A stretch of DNA of 64,000 nucleotides from Fibrobacterota bacterium (GTDB lineage: Bacteria > Fibrobacterota > Fibrobacteria > UBA11236): positions 80,082 through 144,081 of the forward strand of contig JAEKLQ010000021.1 in NCBI GenBank assembly GCA_019509785.1, given 5' to 3'. Positions 45,780 to 56,003 of this stretch are shown piece after piece. Each line of letters opens with the position of its first letter. Positions within the stretch are counted from its first letter, which is position 1. Under the pieces are notes generated by a model. It was not told the origin of the DNA and did no database searches. It worked only from the letters and a program-made list of their open reading frames with translations. The translations under genes and the position numbers were made by a program.

Positions 45780-47136
45780 TTGCCTTCTCGACGAGTAGTT
45801 CCGGATGTTGCTCAAGGAACTTGGTGCTGTATTGACCTTTGACAAACAAGGGGTGCTGCAGGATGCGTTTGTGCAGCGGAATTGTGGTCTTCACGCCGAC
45901 GATGACGAATTCGTCCAAGGCGCGCAGCATGCGGGCGATGGCCCACTCGCGCGTGGGCGCGTGCACGATGAGCTTGGCGATCATGCTGTCGTAATTGGGG
46001 GGCACTTCGTAGCCGCTATAGCAATGGGTATCCACGCGCACGCCCATGCCGCCGGGCAAATGGAAGTCGGTGATGGTGCCGGGAGAGGGCCGGAAGTCAT
46101 GGAAGGCGTCCTCGGCATTGATACGGCACTCGATGCTATGGCCCGCGAGCATGATGCTTTTCTGGGAAAACTCCAGCTTCTCGCCCGCCGCCACCAGGAT
46201 CTGGGCCCGCACCAGGTCGATGCCGGTCACCGCTTCGGTTACCGGATGCTCCACCTGGATGCGGGTATTCATCTCCATGAAATAGAAAGAGGAGTCCTTG
46301 TCGAAAAGGAATTCGATGGTGCCGGCGTTGTAATAGCCCGCGCCCTTGGCCCCGGCCACCGCCACCTTGCCCATCTTTTCGCGCACTTCGGGAGAAACGG
46401 CCGGGCTCGGGCTTTCCTCGATCAGCTTCTGGTGTCGCCGTTGGATGGAGCAATCGCGTTCGCCCAGATAGGTCATATTCCCGTGCTTATCGCCCATCAA
46501 CTGGATCTCGATATGCCGCGGCTCGGTGAAGTAACGTTCGAGGTACACGCTGCCGTTGCCGAAGCAGGCCAGCGCCTCGGCCGAAGCGACCGGGAAAAGC
46601 TTGGTCAGTTCCTCTTCGTTCAGGGCCACGCGCATCCCGCGCCCGCCTCCGCCCGCAGTGGCTTTTACGATCACCGGATAGCCCACCGCCTTCGCGGCCG
46701 ATATGGCTTCCTTCAGGTTATGCACCAGGCCCTCGGAGCCCGGGATGGTGGGCACGCCGGCCGCCTTCATGGTGGCCTTGGCCTGCGACTTGTCGCCCAT
46801 GGACCGGATGGCCGCCGGCGAGGGGCCGATGAAGGTCATGCGGTTCTCTTCGCACATCTCGGCGAACTTGGCGTTCTCGGAAAGGAAGCCGTAGCCCGGA
46901 TGGATGGCGTCGGCATTGGTCAATTCCGCCGCGGCCAGGATCTGCTTCATGTTGAGGTAGCTCTGCTTCGAGTTGGGCGGCCCGATGCAGATGTCCTCGT
47001 CGGCGAAATGCACGTGGAGGGAATGGTTGTCGGCGGTGGAATGCACGGCCACGGTCTTGATGCCGAGTTCCTTGCACGAACGGATGACACGCAGCGCTAT
47101 TTCGCCCCGGTTAGCGATCAGGATTTTCTTAAACAC
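45772..47136 (-). CDS. accC: Acetyl-CoA carboxylase, biotin carboxylase subunit
   Basis: ATP-grasp biotin carboxylase blocks ([42 protein letters not shown]). Confidence 0.9.
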   Translation of the reverse strand: MFKKILIANRGEIALRVIRSCKELGIKTVAVHSTADNHSLHVHFADEDICIGPPNSKQSYLNMKQILAAAELTNADAIHPGYGFLSENAKFAEMCEENRMTFIGPSPAAIRSMGDKSQAKATMKAAGVPTIPGSEGLVHNLKEAISAAKAVGYPVIVKATAGGGGRGMRVALNEEELTKLFPVASAEALACFGNGSVYLERYFTEPRHIEIQLMGDKHGNMTYLGERDCSIQRRHQKLIEESPSPAVSPEVREKMGKVAVAGAKGAGYYNAGTIEFLFDKDSSFYFMEMNTRIQVEHPVTEAVTGIDLVRAQILVAAGEKLEFSQKSIMLAGHSIECRINAEDAFHDFRPSPGTITDFHLPGGMGVRVDTHCYSGYEVPPNYDSMIAKLIVHAPTREWAIARMLRALDEFVIVGVKTTIPLHKRILQHPLFVKGQYSTKFLEQHPELLVEKANG

Positions 47137-48229
47137 CCTGCATCCAGCTCCGGTCGGAGGTGCCCTCGACTCCTTTTACCTTGAGTTCGAAATCGTCGGG
47201 ATTGCTGGCGCTGCGCAAGGCGGTCTCATAGCTGATCAGGTCGTCCTGGTAAAGGCGGAGGATGGACTGGTCGAAGGATTGCGATCCGTATTGGGTGTAC
47301 CCCTCGCGGATGCTGGCGTCAATCATGTGGGTATTCTCGGGTTGGTTCAGAAGTTCACGGACGGTGGCGTTGTTGACCAGGATTTCGCATGCGGGCGCGC
47401 GCCCGCGGCCGTCCTTGCGCGCCAACAGGCGCAAGGTGATTACCGAAACCAAGGTACTGGAAAGCATCAGGCGCACCTGCTGATGCTGGTGCGGCGGGAA
47501 GAAGGAGATGATGCGGTTCACCGTCTCCACGGCGTTCATGGTATGCAAGGTCGAAAGAACCAGATGGCCGGTGTCCGCCGCCGACAAGGCGATGGACATG
47601 GTCTCCTGATCGCGGATTTCCCCGACCAGGATCACGTCCGGATCCTGCCGGAAGGCCGAGCGCAAGGCGGTGGCGAACCCGTTGGTGTCCGAAGAGACCT
47701 CGCGCTGGGAGATGATGCTCTTCTTGTCCTTGTACAGGAATTCGATCGGATCCTCGATGGTGACGATGTTCGAGGAGGTGACCTCGTTGATATGGTCGAT
47801 CATCGAGGCTAGGGTGGTGGATTTGCCCGAGCCGGTGGTGCCGGTGACGAGGATGAGCCCACGCTTGCGCAAGGAAAGATCCCGGATGACTTCGGGAAGG
47901 CCCAACTGCTCGAAAGCAGGGACCACGCCCACGATGGCGCGGATGGCCAGGGCGGCCGTGCCGCGCTGCTTGAAGGCGTTCACGCGGAAGCGGCCGATGT
48001 TGCGGATGCCGATGGCGAAATCGATCTCGTGTTGTTCGTCGAAGCGCGTCTTCTGGTTGCGGTCCATCAAGTCGAGGATGAACTGCTCCATCTGCTCCGG
48101 AGTCGTGCGGTCGCCCTGCAAGCGGTACAACTCGCCATTGATGCGGAAGGCAGGCTGCCCGCCCACGCGCAGATGCAAATCCGACGCGTTGCGTGCCACC
48201 ATCTCCTTCAGCAAGGCTTCGACGTTCAT
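47129..48229 (-). CDS. pilT: Type IV pilus retraction ATPase, PilT/PilU family
   Basis: Walker [10 protein letters not shown], Asp box, Walker [11 protein letters not shown], His box [10 protein letters not shown]. Stop overlaps the accC start by 8 nt. Start 2 nt after the accB stop. Confidence 0.85.
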   Translation of the reverse strand: MNVEALLKEMVARNASDLHLRVGGQPAFRINGELYRLQGDRTTPEQMEQFILDLMDRNQKTRFDEQHEIDFAIGIRNIGRFRVNAFKQRGTAALAIRAIVGVVPAFEQLGLPEVIRDLSLRKRGLILVTGTTGSGKSTTLASMIDHINEVTSSNIVTIEDPIEFLYKDKKSIISQREVSSDTNGFATALRSAFRQDPDVILVGEIRDQETMSIALSAADTGHLVLSTLHTMNAVETVNRIISFFPPHQHQQVRLMLSSTLVSVITLRLLARKDGRGRAPACEILVNNATVRELLNQPENTHMIDASIREGYTQYGSQSFDQSILRLYQDDLISYETALRSASNPDDFELKVKGVEGTSDRSWMQGV

Positions 48230-48231
48230 TC

Positions 48232-48741
48232 TTAGCCGGGCCTGATCCGGAACAGAACCGTCCCGTATTCGACCGGCATCTCGTTCTGGACGCAGACTTC
48301 CTCGATGACGCCCGTGACGTCCGATTCGATCTCGTTCATGATTTTCATGGCCTCGATGATGCAGAGGACCTGGCCGGACTTGACCGCGGTGCCGACGGTG
48401 ACCAGCGGCGCGCCGCCCGGCGTATTGCTGGCGTAGAAGGTCCCGACCATGGGGGAATTGACGTCCTTGAACTTGCTCGCGTTCGCCGACGGCCCGGATG
48501 CCTGCGCGGCGCCGGAGGCGGCAACCGCGACGGGAGCCGCTTGAACCGAAGCGGGCGCCGCCGGAGCGGAAATCGCCATCGGCATGGACATCATCGGCGG
48601 TAAGGAGGCTGCGTGGGCGACTTCCTTCTTCAGCACGATCTTAGAGGTTTCGTCGCTGAAGCTGATCTCGGTGAGGCTGCTCTTATCCAGCAGCTTTACC
48701 AGGGAAGCTACGTCGCTCAGTTGCATGTTTTTCCTTTCCAA
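48232..48741 (-). CDS. accB: Acetyl-CoA carboxylase biotin carboxyl carrier protein
   Basis: Biotinyl-lysine motif CIIEAMKIMNEIE, Pro/Ala-rich linker. Confidence 0.85.
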   Translation of the reverse strand: MERKNMQLSDVASLVKLLDKSSLTEISFSDETSKIVLKKEVAHAASLPPMMSMPMAISAPAAPASVQAAPVAVAASGAAQASGPSANASKFKDVNSPMVGTFYASNTPGGAPLVTVGTAVKSGQVLCIIEAMKIMNEIESDVTGVIEEVCVQNEMPVEYGTVLFRIRPG

Positions 48742-48793
48742 TGTCCTGTGGGCCCGATCCGTTGCGGCCCCGGAGCCGTACCTGCCGCGGAAG

Positions 48794-51349
48794 CTATTTC
48801 TTCCGCTTGGGTACCTTCAGCCCCGGCCTGGGCCAACGGGGATCCGATTCCGGCCCGCGATCGCCCTCCGCCTTGGAGGCTTCGATTTCGGCGATCCGCT
48901 TCCGGACCGATTCGTTCTCGGGTTCCCGCTCTTGGAGCTGGCGGTATATCTGCAACGCCTGCTCCTTTAGTCCTTGCTGGAAATATATTTCCGCCAGGGT
49001 GACCGTGGCAACATTGGCGCCCGCGGCCTGCTCCGGCATTTCCTCTTCCGCGGGATATCCGTCCTCCTCGTCCATCATCGGCGAAAGCTCGGGGGCGGCG
49101 GCGACGGGGCCCGCGCCAGCCGCATCCGAAGGCGTCCCGTCCCAGCGCGCATCGGCGACGGCAAGGTCGCTTTCCGCCGTCGCGGCGCCTTTTCCGGTCA
49201 TGGAAGGGGAAGAGGGAAATAGGGAAGACTCATCTTCCCCTTCGGCCGCGGGACCCGATTCATCCAGCTTGACAATCGGCATTTCCATCGTCACGTCGGG
49301 TTCGGGGAACGGATCCGGCATCCCGGCGAGATCGGTTTCGAAAAGGGGTTCTTCCTGGGCGGGAACGGCGCCGGCATCGGCGAACAACTTGTCGAGCCTT
49401 TCCGCTACGTCTCCGCCGTCCACCATTTCGATGGAAGCGGATTCGGAAAGGGAGGGGAGTTCCTCGGGGGCCAAGGTATCGAAGGCGGTTGCGCCCTCGC
49501 TGCGGGTCGCGGCTTGAAAGGAAGCGGGGAACACGTCTTCGCTGGGCAAAATGAGGGTATCGCGCGCATCGGCGGCGACCGTATCATTCATGTTACCCTG
49601 GAAAGGGGGCTCCCGATCCGCCTGGGCGGTGGCGGGCTCCGCGGACGCCCGCGGCGGATCGGGCTCCAGGTTGAAGAGCCTGTCGAGCTGGGCTTCCACG
49701 TCGGCCCCCGTCACCTGCGGGGCATCGACTTGCCAGCCGGCAGGCGGCATGGTCTCGGTGGAGAGGATGGTTTCGTCCCCGAAGGACGGCGCGAGCCCGG
49801 CTTGCGGCGCAGGTTCGACCTGCGTTGCGGGTTCGGCCCGGGGCGCGGGCTCGTCTTCCGTCGGGACATCGGAAAAAGGCGGGAGCAAGTCCGCGAAGGG
49901 GCCGACAGCGGCGGGGGCGGCGGTCGTAGCCGTTGCTGACGAAACCGGAGCCAAGGAAGCCTCGTCGCTCGCCTTCGCCTTCGGGTCGGGGCCGAGCATC
50001 GAATCCAACTTGTCGGCCACGTCTTGGCCGGTCACCATTTCGCCGGAGGCTATTTCGGATGGGGCAGCCGCCGCGCGATCGCCGAAAGCGACCGCATCGC
50101 CCATGATGACCGTCTCGCCCAGGTTAGGTCCTTGGGCCACCGGCAGATCCGAAGCCGAAAGCGCGGCCGGCTTGGGAGTCTCTTCCTCTCCGGTCAGATT
50201 GAAAAGCTCATCCAGGCGCCGTTCGATGTCCTCGCCTTGCACGCGTTCATCCCCGTCTTCCAGATCTTCTCCCGAAGGCGCCGTCCGGGGCAGGTCGGTG
50301 ACGGAGTTCTCGAAGGATTCGCTTGCGGGCGTCGCAGCATCGGATGCGCCGGGAAGATCGCCCAGATCGAAGGGCTCCGCCTCGATGGGGAAATCGGACG
50401 GGGTCTCCAGCGACCGCATTTCCCCGGTCGCGGTGGCCGAAGCTTCCGGCGGCATGTCGGACCGGGGCGCGGCGGCGGTCCAGGTCGCGGTGGCGGACGG
50501 CAGCCCGCCCTCTTCCGATCCGAAAATGCTGTCGAGACGGTCTTCGACGTCGCTGCCCGAAATCGGGGCGGGCGCGTTCTCGCCCAAGGTCTCCGGGCCG
50601 GTCGAGGTAGAAAGCATGTCCATGGGCCTGGGGTCGGCGGCGGAATCGGAAGCGGGCGAGAAGTCGCCGGCCGGGAATTGGGTCGTGCCCGAGGCCGAGG
50701 GGAAGGAATCTTCCAGGGACGCGAGGTTGGGGACATCGCTGCCCGACGGGAGGAAATCGTCGGCCATGTCGTTGAGATTCACCTCCATCACGTCGCCTTG
50801 CAGGCCGTCGGGCTTCGCGAAGGTATCCTCATCGCGCCCGCTCGGGGTCGGCGGCGCGTAGCGGCTGGTTTCGGAAGGCGCCGATGCGGCCGGGGCGGTC
50901 CCCGTCGATCCCGACCCTTCCAGCAGCGCGCGGATCTCCGCGTCCCAGGGTTCGACTTCGAGGATGGAGCGGTAATAGCCGGCGGCCGCGTCGCCCCATT
51001 GGAGCCTGTCCATGATGAGAGCCAGGGAGCGCATGGCGGAGAGGCAGCGGGGATCCAGGCGGAGCGCCGCTTCGAACTGTTCGCGCGCTTCTTCCAGGCG
51101 CCCGGCGTCCAAATGCGTTTTGCCTAAGACCACGTATCCCGCGACGTGAGGGCGGGCGCGCAGGCCTTCCAAGCAAAGGCTAACGGCTTCATCCAAGCGG
51201 CCTTCGGCGCGCAACGCATCCGCGACGCGGGCGAAACCTGGGGACGCGGCCGATCCCGGGAACTTGCGCTGCAGCTGATCGGCAGTGTAACGAATGCTCA
51301 TGAATCCCCCTAAACCAACGGATTCCAGGACCCGGGAAAGGGCCCTCAA
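48794..51349 (-). CDS. Highly acidic TPR-flanked scaffold protein with five reiterated G-x-D-[VI]-[EA]-x-[RKQ]-L-D-x-[LMI]-F motifs and FimV-like C-terminal TPR motif
   Basis: N-terminal TPRs. ~600-aa D/E/P/S/A-rich low-complexity region with motifs SGSDVEDRLDSIFG, QGEDIERRLDELFNL, TGQDVADKLDSMLG, TGADVEAQLDRLFNL, DGGDVAERLDKLFAD. C-terminus TLAEIYFQQGLKEQALQIYRQLQ. Confidence 0.7.
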   Translation of the reverse strand: MRALSRVLESVGLGGFMSIRYTADQLQRKFPGSAASPGFARVADALRAEGRLDEAVSLCLEGLRARPHVAGYVVLGKTHLDAGRLEEAREQFEAALRLDPRCLSAMRSLALIMDRLQWGDAAAGYYRSILEVEPWDAEIRALLEGSGSTGTAPAASAPSETSRYAPPTPSGRDEDTFAKPDGLQGDVMEVNLNDMADDFLPSGSDVPNLASLEDSFPSASGTTQFPAGDFSPASDSAADPRPMDMLSTSTGPETLGENAPAPISGSDVEDRLDSIFGSEEGGLPSATATWTAAAPRSDMPPEASATATGEMRSLETPSDFPIEAEPFDLGDLPGASDAATPASESFENSVTDLPRTAPSGEDLEDGDERVQGEDIERRLDELFNLTGEEETPKPAALSASDLPVAQGPNLGETVIMGDAVAFGDRAAAAPSEIASGEMVTGQDVADKLDSMLGPDPKAKASDEASLAPVSSATATTAAPAAVGPFADLLPPFSDVPTEDEPAPRAEPATQVEPAPQAGLAPSFGDETILSTETMPPAGWQVDAPQVTGADVEAQLDRLFNLEPDPPRASAEPATAQADREPPFQGNMNDTVAADARDTLILPSEDVFPASFQAATRSEGATAFDTLAPEELPSLSESASIEMVDGGDVAERLDKLFADAGAVPAQEEPLFETDLAGMPDPFPEPDVTMEMPIVKLDESGPAAEGEDESSLFPSSPSMTGKGAATAESDLAVADARWDGTPSDAAGAGPVAAAPELSPMMDEEDGYPAEEEMPEQAAGANVATVTLAEIYFQQGLKEQALQIYRQLQEREPENESVRKRIAEIEASKAEGDRGPESDPRWPRPGLKVPKRKK

Positions 51350-51356
51350 ACCCTCA

Positions 51357-51611
51357 TTATATCAAACCATCCAGGGGAATTGCCTCATCTATCAGCATGA
51401 TGGGGATGTCTTCCCGGACGGGATACAGGATTTTCCGATCCGCCCGCAGCAGGCCCGAATCCAGCTTCTCCCGGACCGCTTCGCCGCCCCGGTTCTTGAG
51501 CCGGCCCGCCTCGATTTCGAGGTTGAGGGACGCGATTACGGACGAATCCGCGAGGGAAACGTCCTGCTTGGTTTCCGGGCAACACAGCATATCCAACAAT
51601 TCCTTGTCCAT
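51357..51611 (-). CDS. Trm112/YcaR-family small zinc-ribbon-like protein (UPF0434)
   Basis: MDKELLDMLCCPETKQ...ILYPVREDIPIMLIDEA matches the Trm112p-like pattern. Confidence 0.7.
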   Translation of the reverse strand: MDKELLDMLCCPETKQDVSLADSSVIASLNLEIEAGRLKNRGGEAVREKLDSGLLRADRKILYPVREDIPIMLIDEAIPLDGLI

Positions 51612-51620
51612 ATCTTCCTT

Positions 51621-52574
51621 TCAACCCGCGAATTGGCCGTAAGCCTGCATCTTCGCCAGGCGTTTCTCGACCAGTACTTCCATGTCCACCTTGTAGAGGG
51701 CTTCCAGTTCCTCGGACAGCACGCCTTTGAGGAGCCGGTACATTTGTTCGGGATCCCAATGCGCGCCGCCCAACGGTTCCCGGATGATGCGATCGATGAT
51801 CTTCAGCTCGAACAGATCGGTGGCGGTGATCTTCATCGTCTCGGAGAGATCGTGCTTCTTGGAGCTGTCGCCCCAGAGGATGGCGCTGCATGATTCCGGC
51901 GAGATGACCCCGAACCAGGCGTTCTCCATCATGAGCAAGCGATCGCCTACCCCGATGCCGATGGCCCCGCCGCTGGCGCCTTCGCCGATGACCACGCAGA
52001 GGATGGGCACCTTCAGCACCGACATCTCCATGATGTTGCGGGCGATGGCTTCGGCCTGCCCGCGCTCCTCGGCGCCCACGCCGGGATAGGCCCCCATGGT
52101 ATCGATGAGGGTGATGATGGGCAGCTTGAACTTCTCGGCCAGCTTCATGCAGCGCAGCGCCTTGCGGTAGCCTTCCGGATGCGCCATGCCGAAATTGCGG
52201 CGGATGCTTTCCTTGGTGTCCTTGCCCTTCTGATGGCCCATCACCATCACGCTGCGCCCGTCGAAGCGGGCCAGGCCGCAGATCAAGGCCGGATCGTCGC
52301 CGAAGCAGCGATCCCCGTGCAGCTCGATGAAATCGGTGAAGATGTTCTGGAGGTAGTCGAGCGTATAGGGCCGGCCGGAACGCCGCGACAGTTCCACCCG
52401 GTTCCACGCGGAGAGCTTGCCCGCGATCTTCTTCTGCATCGACTCTTTTTTGGCCGTCAGATCCTTCACGTCCGACTGGTTGATCTCCCCGGTCTTGAGG
52501 AGGTCCTCGATCTTGATCGACAACTCGACCACGGGTTGCTCGAACTCGAGATGGGGACCTTTAGGAATGGGCAT
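51621..52574 (-). CDS. accA: Acetyl-CoA carboxylase carboxyltransferase alpha subunit
   Basis: AccA blocks ([61 protein letters not shown]). Confidence 0.9.
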   Translation of the reverse strand: MPIPKGPHLEFEQPVVELSIKIEDLLKTGEINQSDVKDLTAKKESMQKKIAGKLSAWNRVELSRRSGRPYTLDYLQNIFTDFIELHGDRCFGDDPALICGLARFDGRSVMVMGHQKGKDTKESIRRNFGMAHPEGYRKALRCMKLAEKFKLPIITLIDTMGAYPGVGAEERGQAEAIARNIMEMSVLKVPILCVVIGEGASGGAIGIGVGDRLLMMENAWFGVISPESCSAILWGDSSKKHDLSETMKITATDLFELKIIDRIIREPLGGAHWDPEQMYRLLKGVLSEELEALYKVDMEVLVEKRLAKMQAYGQFAG

Positions 52575-52604
52575 AAGGGTTCCTTGCTTGGCTATCCGGT
52601 TGCG

Positions 52605-54275
52605 TCATTTCCGAAAATTCAAATCGATCAGGCTCATCTGGCCGGGCTCCGGTTCGCCGACCAGAAGCTTCACTTCCAGATCCTTGGTCCCCTGCTCCGA
52701 GAGCAGTTTCACCGCGGTTTGGAAGGCGCCTTCGTCCACGGCGATCACCACGCCTTGCAAATCGACCTTGCGCACGATGGAGGGCAAGGTGCCGAGATCG
52801 CCGATCATGTTCTGCATGATCTCCTGCGGTACCCGGCCGGCGCCCCACTTGATGAAGCCCACGAATTCGTATCCGGCCAGGCGTTCCTGCTGGATGAGAT
52901 CGGCCAGGCGGCGGGCCCGGGCGTTGTTGCCCAAGATGGCGATGCGCTTGGTGGAACCCATAACCTTGGTGAAGAATCGCCCGCCTTGGATGGAAAGGAA
53001 GCGCCAGGCCGTGAGGCAGGCGATGCTCCCGATGGCGGCGAAGGCGAAGGCCACGCGCGAGAAGGCTTCCTCGCGGATGAAGAAGCTCAAGGCGAAGAAG
53101 CTGAGGAAGGAAACGCACAAGGTGGCGAAGATGGTCTTCAGCTTGGGCACCAGGCGGCCGTAATCCCCGATGTAGGCCATGGGCACCAGCACGGAGATCG
53201 AGACCAGGCAATGCCAGAAGAAATACAGGGGCCGATTGGTATGGTAAGGGGAAAGCATTCCCAACCAACCCATATAGAGGAAGGTGACCGCGTCCAGGAT
53301 CCCGTTCACAAGGCCCAGATCGAGGATCCAACGCTGCCAACGCTGGAAGCGCGAGTACGCGAAATTGGCCACCGCCAGGATGGTCACGCCCAGGTAGAAG
53401 AAGATGAGCGGCAGGGCGCGCAATTCGAAATGCTTCTTCGAGAAGATGACCATGGACTCGTAGAAATAGAGGAAGGAACGGAAGGGCTTGCTCTTGGCGC
53501 TCTCGCCCTTGAAGTGGATGGCCGTGGTCTGGGGATGGTAGAAATTGCGCTTCCCCAGGGTCTTGATGCGGAAGCAGAGATCGAGATCCTCCCCGTACAT
53601 GAAGAAGTCCTCGTCGAAGCCGCCGATCGAGCGGAAAAGATCGGTGCCGACGCACATGAAGGATCCCGAAACGGCGTCCACCTCGTGAGTCTTGTTCTCG
53701 TCCAGGAAGGTGAGATTGTATTTGCCGAAGACGCGGCTCTTGGGGAAAAGGGTGGATAGCCCCATGAACTTGTAGGCGGCGACTTGCGGCGAAGGGAAGC
53801 TGCGTTTGCAGGCCAACTGGAGGCTGCCGTCGCGGTTGACGATCTTGCAGCCGGCCACGCCCACCTGCTCTTGGGCGCGCATGAAGTCCCACATCACCTG
53901 GAAGGTATCCTCGCTCACGAGGGTATCCGGATTGAGGAACAGGAGCAGATCCTGGGAGGCCACGGCGGCGCCGCGGTTGCATCCGGTGCCGAAGCCCAGG
54001 TTCCGATCGGACTTGAGCCACAGGACTTCGGGAAAGCGCGGCTTGAGCAGGGTCAGCGTGCCATCGCGCGAGTCGTTGTCGAAAACGACGACTTCGATAT
54101 CCCCGGCGAACTTCGCCGCCGCGTGGTAGATGCTCTGGATGCAGGCATCCAGGTATTCCCGCACGTTGTACGAGACGATGACGATGGAGATGCCCGGTCC
54201 CTTCGCGCCTTCCGGCGAAAGCTCGGATTGCGGCGCCCGTTCCGGAACCGCGCCCAGCCGCGCCGGCGGCTTGAC
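52605..54275 (-). CDS. Family-2 glycosyltransferase fused to a C-terminal multi-TM + Rossmann-like segment resembling the N-terminal half of WbaP-type sugar transferases (start uncertain, GTG ~54275)
   Basis: GT2 block ISIVIVSYNVREYL...VVVFDNDSRDGT...DED-containing region, then ~6 TM helices, then KRIAILGNNARARRLADLIQQ...YEFVGFI (CoA-binding-like) with no Bac_transf catalytic domain. Confidence 0.65.
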   Translation of the reverse strand, partial: VKPPARLGAVPERAPQSELSPEGAKGPGISIVIVSYNVREYLDACIQSIYHAAAKFAGDIEVVVFDNDSRDGTLTLLKPRFPEVLWLKSDRNLGFGTGCNRGAAVASQDLLLFLNPDTLVSEDTFQVMWDFMRAQEQVGVAGCKIVNRDGSLQLACKRSFPSPQVAAYKFMGLSTLFPKSRVFGKYNLTFLDENKTHEVDAVSGSFMCVGTDLFRSIGGFDEDFFMYGEDLDLCFRIKTLGKRNFYHPQTTAIHFKGESAKSKPFRSFLYFYESMVIFSKKHFELRALPLIFFYLGVTILAVANFAYSRFQRWQRWILDLGLVNGILDAVTFLYMGWLGMLSPYHTNRPLYFFWHCLVSISVLVPMAYIGDYGRLVPKLKTIFATLCVSFLSFFALSFFIREEAFSRVAFAFAAIGSIACLTAWRFLSIQGGRFFTKVMGSTKRIAILGNNARARRLADLIQQERLAGYEFVGFIKWGAGRVPQEIMQNMIGDLGTLPSIVRKVDLQGVVIAVDEGAFQTAVKLLSEQGTKDLEVKLLVGEPEPGQMSLIDLNFRK

Positions 54276-54307
54276 CCGGTGGCCCGGCAGGTTCCGCAAG
54301 AACGTGC

Positions 54308-55018
54308 TCAAGCCGAACCCCCGAAGAAGCGGAGGCGGATGAGCAGGAAGAGGGCTTCCTTGATGATGCCACCCGACATCTTGGAGGCGCCGTGGGTCCG
54401 GTCCCTGAAAATGATCGGGATTTCCTTGATGCGGTAGCCTTTCTTCCAGAGCTTGTACTTCAGCTCGATCTGGAAGGAATACCCGGTGGACCGGATCTTC
54501 GCGAGGTCCAGGGTCTTGAGCGCCGAGACGCGGTAGCACTTGAAGCCGGCGGTGGCATCCTGGATGGGCATGCCCGTGGCCCAGCGCGCGTAGACGTTGG
54601 CGAAGTAGCTCAAAAGCAGCCGGCTCATGGGCCAGTTGACCACGTTCACGCCGTTGATATAACGGCTGCCGATCACCAGATCGTTGTCCTGGATCGCAAC
54701 CAGGAACGTCGCCAGGTATTCGGGGTCATGGGAAAAGTCGGCATCCATCTCGAATACGAAATCGTACCCCTCATCGATGGCGTATCGGAACCCGCGCACG
54801 TAGGCGCTGCCCAGGCCCTGCTTGCCTTCCCGCTGGATCAGATGGAGGTTTTTGCGTCGGGGCAGTTGCTCGTTCACCCACTTGCCGGTCCCGTCCGGGG
54901 AACCGTCATCCACCACCAGGACATCCAGGTCCAGACCGGTCGCGTCGATGCGATCCAGCATCCGGGGCAGGTTCTCCATCTCATTATACGTGGGGATGAT
55001 AACTAAGGTTTTAGCCAT
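54308..55018 (-). CDS. Family-2 glycosyltransferase, dolichyl/polyprenyl-phosphate mannose synthase (Dpm1/Ppm1-like), soluble type
   Basis: LVIIPTYNEMENL...VVDDGSPDGT...DADFSHDP typical of Dpm1-like GT2 enzymes. Confidence 0.8.
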   Translation of the reverse strand: MAKTLVIIPTYNEMENLPRMLDRIDATGLDLDVLVVDDGSPDGTGKWVNEQLPRRKNLHLIQREGKQGLGSAYVRGFRYAIDEGYDFVFEMDADFSHDPEYLATFLVAIQDNDLVIGSRYINGVNVVNWPMSRLLLSYFANVYARWATGMPIQDATAGFKCYRVSALKTLDLAKIRSTGYSFQIELKYKLWKKGYRIKEIPIIFRDRTHGASKMSGGIIKEALFLLIRLRFFGGSA

Positions 55019-55124
55019 GATGCCGAAACAGGCTTTAGACCAAGCCCCATCGGTGGAGCGAATATAACAAAAGGCCCCCTGCGGACCGTGCCGTGCCGCG
55101 GAAATCAGGGGAATTCAGGGAAAT

Positions 55125-56000
55125 TCAGCCGGCATCGACGCGGGCGAGCTGCCCGGACACGTCCCGGGGCGTAAAGTCGGTGTCGCGGATCAATTTGTCG
55201 ATGCGCAATCCCGATCGCAAGGGACGGCGGGCGGCTTGCTTCAAGTCGGCCGTGAGGCAGGGCTGGATGAGGGAGGCATCGAGGCCGTAATGGGCGGCGA
55301 TGGCCCTGGCCCAATCGAAACGACTGTTCCACTCGGACCCGGCCACATGATAGATTCCGCCGCGCCCGCCTGCCACCAGCTTCCAGATCGCCGAAGCCAA
55401 ATCTTCCGCCAAGGTGGGGTTCCCGAACTGGTCGGTGACGATGCGGATGGTTTTCCCCGCCGCCAGGCTATTGCGCACGAAGTCGACGAAGCTCGTTTTC
55501 ATTCCGCGGCCTTTTCCCCATAAGGTCATGGTGCGGACCACCAGCGAGAGGGGAGCGCCGGCCAGGGCCAGGGCTTCGGACTCCAGCTTGGTGGAGCCGT
55601 AGACGCTCAAGGGCCGGGTAGGCGCGTCTTCGGCATACGGCCCGGCTTCGCCGTCGAAAACGTAATCGGTGGAGACGTGGACGAGGGGCTTGCCGAAGGC
55701 GGCCATCCAGCCCACGGTATCCCGGTTGATGAGTCCAGCCAGGGCGGGTTCGCGCTCGCACAGATCCACGTCGGTGACGGCGGCGGCATTGAAGATCCGG
55801 TCCGGGTCGACGGCGCGCACCACGGCTTCGAGTTCGTCCCGCTTTCCGATATCGGCCGAACGGTAGCTCGCGAGGGATTCGGGGAGGATGGGCTCTGGCT
55901 CTTTGCCGACCCCGTGGATTTCCCATCCGCCCGCGGGACGCGCCCGCAGAAGGTTCTGGCCCAAAAGGCCGTTGCATCCCACTAGCAGGATTTTCGCCAC
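55125..56000 (-). CDS. dTDP-4-dehydrorhamnose reductase-like NAD(P)-dependent sugar reductase (RmlD family)
   Basis: N-terminal Rossmann ILLVGCNGLLGQNL, STDYVFDG and YGSTK catalytic region characteristic of RmlD/SDR-extended enzymes. Confidence 0.7.
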   Translation of the reverse strand: MAKILLVGCNGLLGQNLLRARPAGGWEIHGVGKEPEPILPESLASYRSADIGKRDELEAVVRAVDPDRIFNAAAVTDVDLCEREPALAGLINRDTVGWMAAFGKPLVHVSTDYVFDGEAGPYAEDAPTRPLSVYGSTKLESEALALAGAPLSLVVRTMTLWGKGRGMKTSFVDFVRNSLAAGKTIRIVTDQFGNPTLAEDLASAIWKLVAGGRGGIYHVAGSEWNSRFDWARAIAAHYGLDASLIQPCLTADLKQAARRPLRSGLRIDKLIRDTDFTPRDVSGQLARVDAG

Positions 56001-56003
56001 GCC

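Noticed and set aside
45780-45845. Longer dapA ORF start at 45845
   Set aside because: Would overlap accC by 74 bp. An in-frame ATG at 45779 gives a conventional 8-bp overlap and still precedes the conserved DHDPS N-terminal block.
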